Positions 1-13,299 of a DNA stretch of 64,000 nucleotides are shown here, one piece after another. Made by a program: the position numbers and the translations under genes. Position 1 is the stretch's first letter. Each line of letters opens with the position of its first letter. The notes beneath the pieces were generated by a model. The model ran no database searches and was not told the origin of the DNA. It worked only from the letters and a program-made list of their open reading frames with translations. The stretch is from assembly GCA_977020255.1 (NCBI GenBank), contig CDROCS010000799.1:124001-188000 (forward strand), written 5' to 3'. Origin of the DNA: Obrimoposthia wandeli (taxonomy: Eukaryota).

Positions 1-82
1 CAGTGTTACTAATTTTTTAAAGAGGGTGCGAAAAGTTTTCCTTTATTACTGGGGCGCCTTCCAAAAGGTTTGGAAACTGCTG
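1..82 (-). mobile_element. Terminus of a hAT-like (Charlie/Buster type) non-autonomous element, cut by the window edge
   Basis: Minus strand reads CAGCAGTTTCCAAACCTTTTGGAAGGCGCCCC, which resembles the hAT CAGTGGTTCCCAAAC-type TIR. The flank TTCTAAAA resembles the nTCTAGAn target. Confidence 0.4.
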
Positions 83-2531
83 TTCTAAAAGTAAAGATAA
101 CTGGAAAACATATTATACTCACCTTAAAGTGTCTGATGACTTTTAAATTTACAGACTGAGCCAGGGTGAGTGTTATTTATCAAAACATAACTAAAAGGCT
201 TCGGCATAGGATTTAATAAATAGAATATAACATTTGAGTCCATCATAGGAATTTTGGAATTGAGATCCAGCTCGGCGGAAAGTCTCTGCTTCTTGGGTAC
301 TGGCTCGTTGCTGAGATCTTATTTGAGATCTGACCATCGAAATCCGGCTCGTTGTAGCCTCTTCCACTGTAGTTGGATAGCATGTGGTATTCCATTTCTA
401 GTTTCCATTTTGAAGAGCACATCTTTTACAATTGAAAAAAGTTGTACTTGTAAACATCATTTGACTGTATAACCTTAGAACATTCTTGAACAAAACAAGG
501 AAAAGCAGAATGGTTCGGTTTTCTGCATTTTACGATCTTCGTAGGAATCTGTGGCATGCGATCTTCAGACATTATCAAATAACTAAGTCCAATAATTATT
601 GATTAATTTAACTTTAAATCTATGTGATCAATTTCTTTTAAAATGAAACTTTTCTATTGATCATTAACTTCTTTTAAAATCCTTTTAGCAACCACTTTGA
701 TTAAACAACTTTAACATATTAAAAACTTTTATAAAGACCTTCGTTGGTACTTTCACCACCCACCCATCATTGTCATTTCATTGCCCACTATTTAATTTAT
801 TTTACTAATTTAGAATATTTTAGTTTCTAACTCTATTCTATCAATAATAATTAATTCTTCAACAGTGAGAGATATGTACATATTCCCATTATGGAGTAGA
901 ACACGTTTGATGATCTTGAATGAGCTGTCAATGAAAAAGTACTACTTGCTCGAATTAAATATAACTAATGATTGTATTTAGCACACCAAATACCATTCAT
1001 CAGAAGTACAGTACGTCTTGAAAGTAAAATAAATTGGCGAACACTTGGTGAAATCACATTAATTGACTTTAAATTTCATTACATTTTTGTCTAAAATAAG
1101 AAAAATAAAATTTTTAAAAAATTGAATAAAAGTGATAAATTGTAAGTTTAAATTATTTCAGACATATTAAACCCTATATAATTTGTTAATACTATGACAT
1201 AGCATAAATTAATATCTCATACATTTCTGAACAGTTATTATGGAATCTACTAAATATTTACGTTTTTTCTTTTCTAAAGTGTATTACATATACAATATAT
1301 TCAATGAGTTCAATTTTATGTATATATATAAAATGACTTGCAAATTGGACCCGGGTAAATAAGCCTGTGTTGACTGAATAATTGACAAGTCATTATTTGA
1401 ATGGAATTCGTTAAACTTCAGACATATAAATGGTATCGAAATACTCAGAGTACTTTTGATCGAAGCCTGAATTCATGTATCTAAGAAGACATTGAAGGCA
1501 GCCACCAATATATGGATCAAACATGTTCTTTAGTTTCATGGTTCACATTATTTAGCTACAATTTTACTTTTTAATTGACTTTTCTAGACCATCCACTACA
1601 AATTGAGATTTTTTCACTACCAGTTTTGAGAATATTTCGAAAATCAATAACTATTAAAAATAGAACTTTGTTCGTTACTCCAATTTATTTCACCTTGAAA
1701 TACTTTAATATATTTTTATTAGCTATTGGTTTACAGTTACTTTTTGAATTTGTACACATCGTACGACTACTTAATTGCAATTGAAATTCAAATGATAACT
1801 TAAAAGTGAAAAAGTTTGAAGTCAACAATGAAATTTATTGAAATTAATCAGTTAGACGCGTATGAACATATTCTAAGTGTTACAGTACAATATATTCATT
1901 TTTAAATTAATATTATTCGAAAACCAACATATAAATTGTCACAAGTCACTGAAATACACTTATTTTGAAGTAACGAAAAAGAAAGCATACAGTTCGGAGT
2001 GTGACCATATGTAAAAGCGACGAGATTTCTATCAATGATATACAGTAAACATATTATAAAACACAGTTTAGTATAAGGCTCAAATAATAATAAATAAGGC
2101 ATATTAATAAACATATTTGAAGTCCTTTGACTCCTTATCTGACGATTCCAGCGGTTTGTAAGCAACACTGGATTCCACTGAGTGAGGAGAATTTCTCCGG
2201 GATCGCGGTGGACGACGACCCTCAAGCACATAGCCATAAACCTGAAGCGAGACAGTATGTTAGATTTGATACTGTTGAATCAGAAAGACAAAATAAAATA
2301 CAACATTTCGAACAAAAATCCATCAAACAAAAGAATCTCTACACGCAATAAGTCAGTTCGAGTTTCTGGTGTCGAAATTAAAATTCTGGAATGAAATTCA
2401 AAGACAAAACTGATAACAAACAATAAACGGAGAAATAAAAAATAAATAAAGCTATCGCCTAGTTTTTCTTTTACAAATAAAAGTTTCTGTGTTTCTCAAT
2501 TTGGATTCACTAATATTCAAATAAAATATTG

Positions 2532-5500
2532 TTAGTAAACATATTTTACGGTCTTTACATTCGAATCCACACTACTGAGAGGCTTATATTCTGTACCGGG
2601 TTCCATTCTCTGAGAGCCGGCATTGCCTCTGCGTTTACGCAAAAATCCAAACGTCTAAAAGTGGAATTACATTAAAATCTACATAAAAATGTCAAAGTAA
2701 ATTTAACTGAACATCATCTTATCATGTAGCAATCCAAGTTATTTTAATGTACCCAAAATTTTGTCTATAAGCCACGGATTATAGACGACAAAAAGTTGGA
2801 AAAAGCTCTACATATACACAAAATATATTTTTTAAAAATGTAGTACATTTTGTATGAATTAAAGTCATCAATTTCTTCATTAATACTAATGATCAATTAA
2901 TTCATTAAAATATTCTGGAATTTCAAACTCGATTTGATCTTTGGATTCTTCTTCACTATCCGTGGCCTGAGAAACCACAGTTGGTAGCGCTTCAGTTCGA
3001 TATTTACAGAAATATGCAGAGTTAAATTCAATTTTAATACAAGTCATGGTTATCTCAAACCAACATATGTCGATGCATTGACATATTTCAGTATAAGAAG
3101 CCATTTTGATTGATCTTGACTTAGTGAATGAATAATATCCTTTGCTGAAACAGCTGTAATTAAGATGTCAATCCTCAAGGAATGACAGCCAATTATGAAT
3201 ACTTTCTCACTTGACTTCTTCTGTGATATGAAATCGAGGTTAAGCTGTAAATTGAAACTGAATTCTGATAAAAGTATGAATTTATATTTTTTTATCGCCG
3301 CATTGCCATAATTTTAACGTAACTCGCCATTTCAAATTTTCGACGATTATTATAAGATTTTTTTGTATAATCACAAATTAAATAGTTTTTAAACGAATAA
3401 ATCCTAAAAAATCCTAATTAAAATAAATAACCATTTTATCAATTCGAAACAAAATTCGAATTTTCTTATCAAAATCAAGACAAAAATTATCTATAAATAA
3501 CTCTTATCTCTTTAAATGTTTGACAATTTTTAAATTAAATTTTTACCTAATAAAACTAAAATTACTATCAAGGAAACTTACTTTAAGTGTTAAAGATAAA
3601 AAGCAACGATTTATATATTATTCAACAGATATTTAAATAAAAAATAGTAAAATTGATTTTTTCTTAACTGGTCTATAAATGTAGAATTTGCTAAACACAA
3701 TTTTAGACTAGTTTAGAACGAAATTGATGTAAGTTTTTAAATTTATTTTTGATCAATCTTATAATTGATAGACTTATTTTTGTAGTTTATTAAAATTAAT
3801 TAAACAATATAAATTGTAAGATATTTCCATTATAAATAATCAAACTACACAGATTTTTAAAACTGAGATTAATTTTAATTATTTGAAAAAATCTGTAATT
3901 ACGTTTTACTGATACATTTAATTATAATTTAATTTGAAATAGACACATGAAGTGAAAATAATCCCTTTTCCTTGTGAATTATTAATTATTTACACAAAAC
4001 AATTATCAAAAAATGTAGTTGTTAGCTTTAAAGTATGTTCCATTGTTAGTTATAATAAATTGCATAGAAATTAATCTATTTTTCCGTTAAAATTGATGCA
4101 TTTTTAAACTAGTTCTTTTGATAAATTTTTTGTTGTCAACGTAGAATATTTAATTTTCATAGAGTTGGAAAATTTAAATAAATATTTCCATATTTAATGG
4201 ATTTTTCAACGACTTATTTACATTTACAAATTTTGGCTACATACTCAGCAAGAAACTCAATTTAACATTCATCTGCATTGTTAACGTGGTAGTAAAGATA
4301 TTTGTGAGACATTATTCTGACTTTATACTAACAGTTTAATGATTAATTCTATTTAGTTATGTCAAAACAAGTGTGTCAAATATATATTTTTGTTATAACT
4401 TTAATAAATATCTCAAGTTTGCGAACAGTAATATAAAAAATTTGAAAAATAATAATTCAGTGACATTAAAAATGAATCACTTTGAATTTTCGTCTATGCG
4501 CGATGAATTTTTTATTGTAAATAACATTTTCACAATAAAATACTTTAATGGTCATCCACTTAGTAAAATATTATATGATTGTGAGCCCACTCCTCCTCCC
4601 TGTACACAATTGTTAGTTTTACAGTGAACCACCCCACCTTAATACCTACACAAAATCGTATACAATGGTTGCCAAAGTCGGTTTTGTAACATATTTATTT
4701 AAGAATGAAAACCTTTTGAGAATATATATTTTGAAATTTGCTAACACTCAGCTACTACAATATATATATGAAGTACAAAATTGAACATACCACTTTTCAG
4801 AGTACACCATTTGCATACGTACACTTTCCAGTTCATACACTCTCGCCCTCTGTACGCACGCATACTTTATATGTAACTGCTTCTGAATTAGTCTACAGAC
4901 ATTTTTATTGAAAACAGCAATCTTTTCATTCTTCCTTCCGGACTCTTCATATCCCAAAATTTCTCCACGTTAAAAAGTATCTCATTTTCCATTTTATTAT
5001 TGATATTTTGACGAATAATTTAAATATTATAGTACCTTTAAAAATTGAATTAAGCAATAAATTTGTTACATTTTTTAATGAATTTTATTTTCTAAGAGGT
5101 TAATTTCTATGATTGCTTTTAAATTTTTGTACAATTTGAAATTTGTGAAAATTATGAAAAAATTAAAGGTTAAAAATATTCAGATAAAAATAAAATTGTC
5201 TTATTAATTCTAACTAATACATACATACATTTATTACGCGCTAGAATATTTGGACTAATTAATATCAAATTTCAGATATTTAATGCGTGTCATAAAAATA
5301 ATGCAAGAATAAAGACCGGGATAATACACAGATTTTACATCTTTGTTCGGGCTAATCATAATAATCACCTTCTTTCTGTTCTGATAGACCACGTAGACCA
5401 CTATGGCAGCGACCAGAGACAAGCAGATGAAAATGAAGAATCTCGAGCTGAAGATCGACTTACTGCCGGAAAAGTCTGACAATCGGTAGTCAGTAACATC

Positions 5501-8500
5501 AATTGAGGCAAATTGAAACTTACTTTTGACAATAGGATCATGCTTTCGAAAAAAACTCGCCTTGTTACTGCAAGAAAGGTAGAAAAATAATTAATCCAAA
5601 TAACAGCTGGTTAAAATGAGATTAGCAGTTCATTGCGTAAATTAGGCCAGACATGTGAGAATAGAACTGTAGTTTATTGTTTACTGTTGATTAACTATCA
5701 AGATCGAGTTAATTGTGACTGAGTCGTCAACTGCGTACTCCAGCATTAATCAAAGATTTTTCATTACGCTGTTAAGTAGAGGACCGCTTAATTTCGAGGG
5801 TTCCAATATGAACGAAAAGAAAGCAGTTTTCTAAATAATGAATTTACTGTATTAAAGAGACATGAACATTAGCCCATTTAGGGTAGAATAAACAAAGCCC
5901 TTATTGCATAAGTGAAGACATTTCTAATTCGACTTTTTTTACTATATTTAAAAAGATTTGTTAGATATCTAAAAATACATTTTATAGTAAAAAAATATTT
6001 ATTTGAGAAAATTGTTTGAATTATATTCCTAATTAATGAAATTTTGATTCAAAATAAAATAAAAGTTGATAAGCTATTTTGTTAAAAGGCTTTTTTAACG
6101 AAAAATAATTTAAAAAATATTTTAATTTAGGTATTCAGTTTAGCATTTATAAAATTGATAATAATAAAATAATCTAACTTGTCTGATGGAAATTTTGAAT
6201 CGATACCCCGAAATTTCGACTTGTTTCTATTTTTGTCCAGTTCACTTTTATCTATTACAGAATCAGATAGTTTTCCTTCCATTTTATTCAGAGTCTTTTC
6301 CTTATCCACTGTCAAATCATCTCCATAACCTCTGTCATGTTTGCCTTTCATCTTTTTGCCAGATCTCAACTCGTTAGACTCACTTTCTGTGTCTTCCAAA
6401 CCCTCATTACCGACCTCTTTGGAATGATCGTTTGGATTTTTATTGCCAACAATATCCTTGGGCTTATTTGGACTAATTTTGTCGGAAGTCACATCAAGAA
6501 TTTCATTCGACTTTGACAATTTCTTCTGAGAATGCTCAGAGTCGTTCTTATCAGTTTTTATTTTTTTATCACGAGCCATAGCTTTCTCAGTGTTGTCAAG
6601 ATTCTTTACATTTTCTTTTCCCTCTGTATGCAGCGAAGCTTCATAAGTCTTTGCATTGGCGGGTTTCAGTACCTTTCCACCTTCTTTCATGACTTCTGCG
6701 GATTTCTTTTTATTGTCATTTCCCTCAAAAGGCTTGATATATTCTTCATGCTCCTTTGATATAGCTGGTTTATTTGAATTTTTAGGCACATCAACCGTTT
6801 GATCTTCTTGAGAAATCTTTGAAGAGTCAGGTTTCTTTACTTTGTTGGTAACATTCGACTTATTCAATTTTTCATTGAGCATTTTAGGTTTCTTAGGAAA
6901 AATTGATTCGATTTTTTTATCTTCTAGTTTTTTGGAATTATTTATATCCTTTCGTTCAGGTTTTCCGGTAACGGTTTTCAATAATTTGCTTGACGCTTTA
7001 GTATTTTTATCGTCTGTCTTTGATTCTTTATGCACATCAGCTGTCTGAACGTCTTGTCGATTTTTAAAAGTATTTTGTTTCAACAACTTTCCAGGATTTT
7101 TTGAAACTGAAACCGGTTTTGGCAATTTTTCCGTTTCATCAGATTTCCTAACACCATCTTCTTCATTTGAGGCTTCAAATTTTCGTTTTTTGATGTTCTC
7201 CTCTGATTTTCTATCATCGGGATTTTTAAGATTCTCCAAATTCTTTTGGTCACCAGATTTTTGTTGACCGTCATTAACAGTTGGATTATCGTTAACTGAA
7301 GATTTAGAATTCAAGTGAACACGATGCTCCTCTTTGTTAAAATCACCGCCATTTGACGCTTTCCCATTGCTCGAAGACTTAAGATGATTTGGTGGTTTTA
7401 CTTTGGGGTTGACTAAACCTTCACTCTTCTTTGATGCTTCATCGAGTAGATTAATATTTATGTTTGACTTTTGAACACCTTCTTTAGGAAGGGGATTCTT
7501 CCCTTTTTCTACAGTATTGTCTGGATTACTCATTCTTTTCTTTTCTTCATCTTTTAGTTTGTCTTCATTTGAACTTAATAATGGTGGAATAAGATTGGAA
7601 TTTCCAAATTTATTGTCTGAAGACTTTTCTGGAGCACCATCATTGACAGTTTCTGGCTTGAAAAAATCATTTTTCTTGTCTTTAGGCTTGTATGGAGTCA
7701 ACGCGGCTGGTAACTGGTCTCGATTTGAGGCGACCGGTACAGGTCTACAATTGAATAAACAATTAGATAAGTAAATAAAAGTTAAGAATTACAAATATGA
7801 TAAATATCGATGCATAAAAATTAATAAAGTATTTTGCATTTTGTACAAGTTGTAACATCAATTGTCAGTACCCGTATTTCCCGACCCACAATAAGCACCT
7901 TGATTTGTCCTTTTGAAATTACGAAATGATTTAAAAGAGAATGTGTTTTAATTTTAGTTATTTATATACATACTTTATTCATCCTCATCTTATTCATCCT
8001 CTTAAAATATATGTAACTGGGGTAAACCAATATTCGTTTTAATTACTTATATTCAAGGACATTAAAGTATTCTAAAATCGATAGTCAAGATTTAAAATAC
8101 AGTTATGTCCACATTAGAAGTAATAATTTAAATTAAATAAACTATTCTTTTATGATAAAAGAATTATTTTATTGACGATATAATTTAAAGTTTTATATTA
8201 ATTCATTGTAAAATAATAGAAATTCTTCTTAGTTTTAAAAGTAGTAAACACGATTTAGATATAAAATATTAGTACAGTATATATTTATTTAGTAGCAAAA
8301 TTAGCACAATTGGTACTTGATGATGATAGAATTAATTTTAGACTAACTAGATGATGATGCAGTTTAATTGATTTGCAAACCTTCAATTTATCAAATTCAA
8401 CTTACTTGCTTAACAGCAATTAAATAACGTTCAAAATTATCTACCCCACAAAATGTTTACTATAAACTCTGCAATGTTGTGTAAAATCATTGATATTGCT

Positions 8501-11500
8501 TGAATTATTCAATGTGCAAATATCTTGCTTAAATGTCTTACCGTTAAAGTTATAATTAGATTTTTTGTTATATTGATTGATTTTCAAAGATTCAAAAAAT
8601 ATGTATTTTATTCAATAAATTTATATTGCTCACATACGTCTTATTATAGTCATCAATGGATAATGTCCTAAACAAGTTGTGGGTACCTCATTTTTTGTGT
8701 GGTAGCTGCTCATCAATGCTTAAGACCGATGGTGATCGAAGTTCTTTACAATTCGTCATTCCAAAAATTGAGATGAAAGCTATAATTGCTTCTTTGCATG
8801 GTTGACATTTCGAGATTTAAGTGAAAGATAGAAGAAATGGAATATATCTGAATATCCCGTCATATACTGCTCCTGTACCATCTCAACAACAAGAAATTTC
8901 ATACCATGATAGATATGTAGATTTGGATTCACAGAAGAATTACCCACTAATATCGCATATTTTCCTCATCAAAATAACCTATAAGATCTTGTGAGACACA
9001 TAAGTTGGACAAAACTAATCACATCACACCTAAAAGATTTGTTTAAAAAATAGTATCTAGACCTATTTTTATGTTGATTTATTTGTTGTAGTTTGTCGGG
9101 AAACATCTAGTTTTCTACCCCAGTTGTAATCATTCATAATATTACGATTCCATCGTCCTTGGTAATGTCAGTAACATCTTGATAGAAACGATCACCATGT
9201 TCTTCACTGAATGCTCCTAAATTCTCTGAACACATTATCATATCGAATTAGACACTAATGGGAAACTTTCTGCCAAAAAATGGCATGTTAGAGAAGCTTT
9301 TTATTAAACCAGTCTTATGAGCAATTTACTAAATCTCTAAATTTTGATGGTAGTGCTTTCCTCCAACATATATGTCTCATGCCTGAATAAAAAGTGGAAT
9401 ATCTGTTGAATCAGAAATCAGAAAGATGCTGGCGTATGAAGATCTTGAAAACAAAATTAAGTAGCAGTTAAGACCCAGTCATAACATTGAATGGCAGAAC
9501 CGACTGACACCCGATTCCTACCAAGTCACCCTGAAAAACATGTATAACACCAGACTAAGCGACACCTGAGCTACGTTGCTTCGGTCACGGTTTCCCTGCA
9601 GCTCCCACTGGTCGAGGCTTTACACTATTCGTCAATCCCGATCTCAAAACTGACAATGAAGACGCCGAGTGCAGACCAAAACCAAAATTTTATATAACTG
9701 AAATGAATTGCAATCAAAACCTTTATGCGCAAAAAACTGACAGAGGGATAAAACTTGTTTTATTTAACCAGCTCACTCAAAAATTGTCAATTTCTTATCC
9801 CTACAAAACTCGCAAATTATAATATACATCAATCCCAAGTTCCATGATAACCACTGGTTATTAACCATCATTTATAATTTTGCAAAGAATTCCTGATTGA
9901 ATCTGGAATAGGATTAAAATACAATTAAAAAGTCTATGCTTAACATTTTACATTTCCTAAAATATTACATAATTTACAAATGAAAAAATTTCTTAATTTG
10001 TTTCCATATATTTTTTAATAATTTTGTTATTGCCAGCTGTTAGACTGTCTTGTATTAACTTGTATAAACTTTATTGTTAGCTAATTCTGATAGGCATGTT
10101 TAAATATAATGTAAGTAAATATAATTAAATATATTTTCTAGTTAAAACTATTGATCTAAAGCATTTTTTAAGCTTGAAAATAATTGGGAATGTGTTTATA
10201 AATGACATTAAGGAAATACATAAAAATCTTTCATTATTCTGGGTATTAGTTATTAAATGTAGATGTAACATGAAATAAAAATTAATAAAAGGAAATAACT
10301 TGAATTAACTTTTTCAAATATTTTAATGTTCAAATTATGTTTTTAAAATTTAATTTTAGTATTTAATATAAAATTTTCCAATTGCACTTACGGTCTCACA
10401 TTAACCTTTGATTTATTTTCATCTAAGGCCAAATTAGTTTTTTCTTCTTTATGCGGCTCCTTTGGAAGATCTCTTTCAGCGCCCTTTTGTGTATTGTCGC
10501 TGTAATTAGGAATGTGTTTACAAATAACATAAAGAACATGCATAAAAATAATTCATTTATCTGGGTATCAGTTATAAAATACAGATATAACATGAAATAA
10601 GTATTTCATTTCAAAAACAGATTTATTTAACTTTTAATAACATTATAATATGCAAATTATGTTTTTAAAATTTAATTTTAGTATTTAATATAACATTTTC
10701 CAATTGCACTTACGGTCTCACATTAACCTTTGATTTATTTTCATCTAAACCCAAATTAGTTTTTTCTTCTTTATGTGGTACCTTTGGCAGATCTTTTTCA
10801 GCGCCATTTTGTGTATTGTCGCTGTAATTAGGAAGATGTTTACAAATGACATAAAGAACATGCATAAAAATAATTCATTTATCTGGGTATCAGTTATTAA
10901 ATACAGATACAAAATGAAATAAGTATTTCATATCTAAAACAGGTTTATTTAACTTTTAATAACATTATAATATGCAAATTATGTTTTTAAAATTTAATTT
11001 TAGTATTTAATATAAAATTTTCCAATTGCACTTACGGTCTCACATTAACCTTTGATTTATTTTCATCTAAGGCCAAATTAGTTTTTTCTTCTTTATGCGG
11101 CTCCTTTGGAAGATCTCTTTCAGCGCCCTTTTGTGTATTGTCGCTGTAATTAGGAATGTGTTTACAAATAACATAAAGAACATGCATAAAAATAATTCAT
11201 TTATCTGGGTATCAGTTATAAAATACAGATATAACATGAAATAAGTATTTCATTTCAAAAACAGATTTATTTAACTTTTAATAACATTATAATATGCAAA
11301 TTATGTTTTTAAAATTTAATTTTAGTATTTAATATAACATTTTCCAATTGCACTTACGGTCTCACATTAACCTTTGATTTATTTTCATCTAAACCCAAAT
11401 TAGTTTTTTCTTCTTTATGTGGTACCTTTGGCAGATCTTTTTCAGCGCCATTTTGTGTATTGTCGCTGTAATTAGGAAGATGTTTACAAATGACATAAAG

Positions 11501-11914
11501 AACATGCATAAAAATAATTCATTTATCTGGGTATCAGTTATTAAATACAGATACAAAATGAAATAAGTATTTCATATCTAAAACAGGTTTATTTAACTTT
11601 TAATAACATTATAATATGCAAATTATGTTTTTAAAATTTAATTTTAGTATTTAATATAAAATTTTCCAAGTACACTTACGGTTTTAAATTAACCTTTGAT
11701 TTATTTTCATCTAAAGCCAAATTTGACTTTTCTTCTTTATTTGCTACCTTTGGAACACCTTTTTCAGCCACATTTTGTGTATTCTCACTGGAATCACGAA
11801 TTGGTACAGTATTGATAAATGTCCTAGAAAATAAATTAAAGATTTAAATAAAAAGAAAATATACAGTGATACAAAAAAATATACACAAAATAATCCAATA
11901 ACTTCCGTTTTCAT
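2532..11914 (-). CDS. TGN38/TGOLN2-KCT2(C5orf15)-like type I membrane protein: signal peptide, long K/E/N/D-rich lumenal region, TM, YxxL tail
   Basis: Phase-consistent GT-AG exons: 11914-11865 (MKTEVIGLFCVYFFVSL, signal peptide), 11823-11680, four 108-nt exons (11465-11358, 11143-11036, 10821-10714, 10499-10392), 7744-6179, 5567-5524, 5475-5369 (SRFFIFICLSLVAAIVVYVVYQNRKK). Probable last exon 2654-2532 (TFGFLRKRRG...EYKPLSSVDSNV); this exon is the least certain. Confidence 0.72.
8655..9465. mobile_element. Decayed, internally rearranged Chapaev3-like (CMC) transposase remnant
   Basis: Plus strand: KLWVPHFLCGSCSS...LQFVIP (8660-8800) and EQFTKSLNFDGSAF (9310-9360). Minus strand 9120-9230: ENLGAFSEEHGDRFYQD...RWNRNIMNDYNW, matching the family motif ENLGAVSDEHGERFHQDI...YQGKW...MLADYCW. 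Confidence 0.6.
10300..11700. repeat. 322-bp tandem repeat (exon + intron unit) with A-B-A-B dimeric structure
   Basis: Donor sites recur at 10391, 10713, 11035, 11357 and 11679. Units 1/3 and units 2/4 share diagnostic variants (aaggccaaa/gcggctcc vs aaacccaaa/gtggtacc). Confidence 0.95.
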
Positions 11915-12779
11915 TTTATCACATAAAAATTTTAAAAATAAGTATTTTAAATTTTTAAATAATCAATATATTGGTATTACTTTATTGAAACAAATAAATT
12001 GTTAGGCTCAATAAATTTCTACGATAAGTTTTCTATTTTATTGTAAATAAATATAAACAATGTTGGCGTCAATTTTTGAAACAGTCAATTTGTAGAGAAA
12101 TTTTGTAATCTTAAGAACTATTGCATGTCCTTTACAAATATTTTATAGTTCAATTTGCAAACTTTATTGTAGATCAACTAGATATTTTTTCCATCAACTT
12201 GACTTATATTTTGAAACGAGATTCGAAGCTAATTTGGGCGTCTAATTTTTATTCAAAATTATTTGTTATAAAATATTTATTATCGATGAAAATATAATTC
12301 TCCACTACTTTTATAGAGTATTAATGCTTTAGTGATCGATCAATTAGTCAATTTAGTCTGGTCATGACTTCAATGATGCCTACCATTTAATAATTCACAA
12401 ATATATGACGGTTTGTTCTAACTTGGGACATGAAATTAATATGTCGACATTTCCTTACTGTATCTAGGATTCTCAATATAATGCTCCCAATCACGAGTGC
12501 TTAAAAGTTCATCAATAGGATTATTCTAAAGATAAATTTATTTAGATTGTGTGTGAACACCTCTGTAACCAAAAATTGTGACTTGCTACTTGTAATAGGT
12601 TGCATGATAATAGTCATGACATACTCAAAAACTACTATTGCTTTGTTTGGTTTTACAATTTAGTCGGGTAGACTTATAGGTTAAAACTTTTAAAAATAGT
12701 TTTGGATTTATATTTTGCCTATTATCTTATATGTTTTTGATATATATATATATATATATTTAAATTCTTTTTCTAGAAT

Positions 12780-13288
12780 TCTCGTATGAAGCCCCCAAAG
12801 TCAGTTCTATAGAGATAAGACTTACGAGGTCTTTTGGCCTACGTTGTTCAGTCTAGTCTGAAGGTATTTATACTGTGTATTTTCAATATATTCAATTTAT
12901 CAGAATTATCTTTCAAAACTATTGTAGTGTGTAGGTTTTAAGGACAGCTATTTAATCAAAGTATAGTTTAATTCAACAATAGTCTGACCGAGCGTAGTCC
13001 AGAAAAGTGGGTAATTTATGAGCCTAGAAACTGTACTGCGAATCAACATTTCTAGTGTATAATATGAGTCGTTTTCGGGTAGGTTGAGTCTCAGCCTTCG
13101 TACAAGTATTTTAGTTACTCTTACATACATAATTCAAGTTGTGAAACGGGCATATAGTGTTGGGTTACAAACAACTTCTACGAGTTTCCTTATAAATATG
13201 TTTATTACTATCAAACAACAATTTCAATAAAATTACACAAGAAAACACTATTACAATTTTAGTGTAACTCCTACTTAGAGCCGTGACA
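12780..13288 (-). mobile_element. Probable LTR of the adjacent Gypsy remnant
   Basis: Begins TGTCACGG on the minus strand at 13288. Shares cccc-aa-g-agttctataga and tctgaaggt motifs with the LTR family at 26759-30111. Confidence 0.4.
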
Positions 13289-13299
13289 TTCTGAAAAAT

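Noticed and set aside
236-4970. Short ORFs or exon-like patches at 254-600, 2127-2394, 2886-3330 and 4560-4970
   Set aside because: No recognisable family; stops in all plausible frames; no consistent gene model.
6186-7774. Plus-strand ORFs overlapping the large exon (also 62333-62616, 63494-63709, 51334-51552, 55506-55736)
   Set aside because: These are antisense shadows of real coding sequence.
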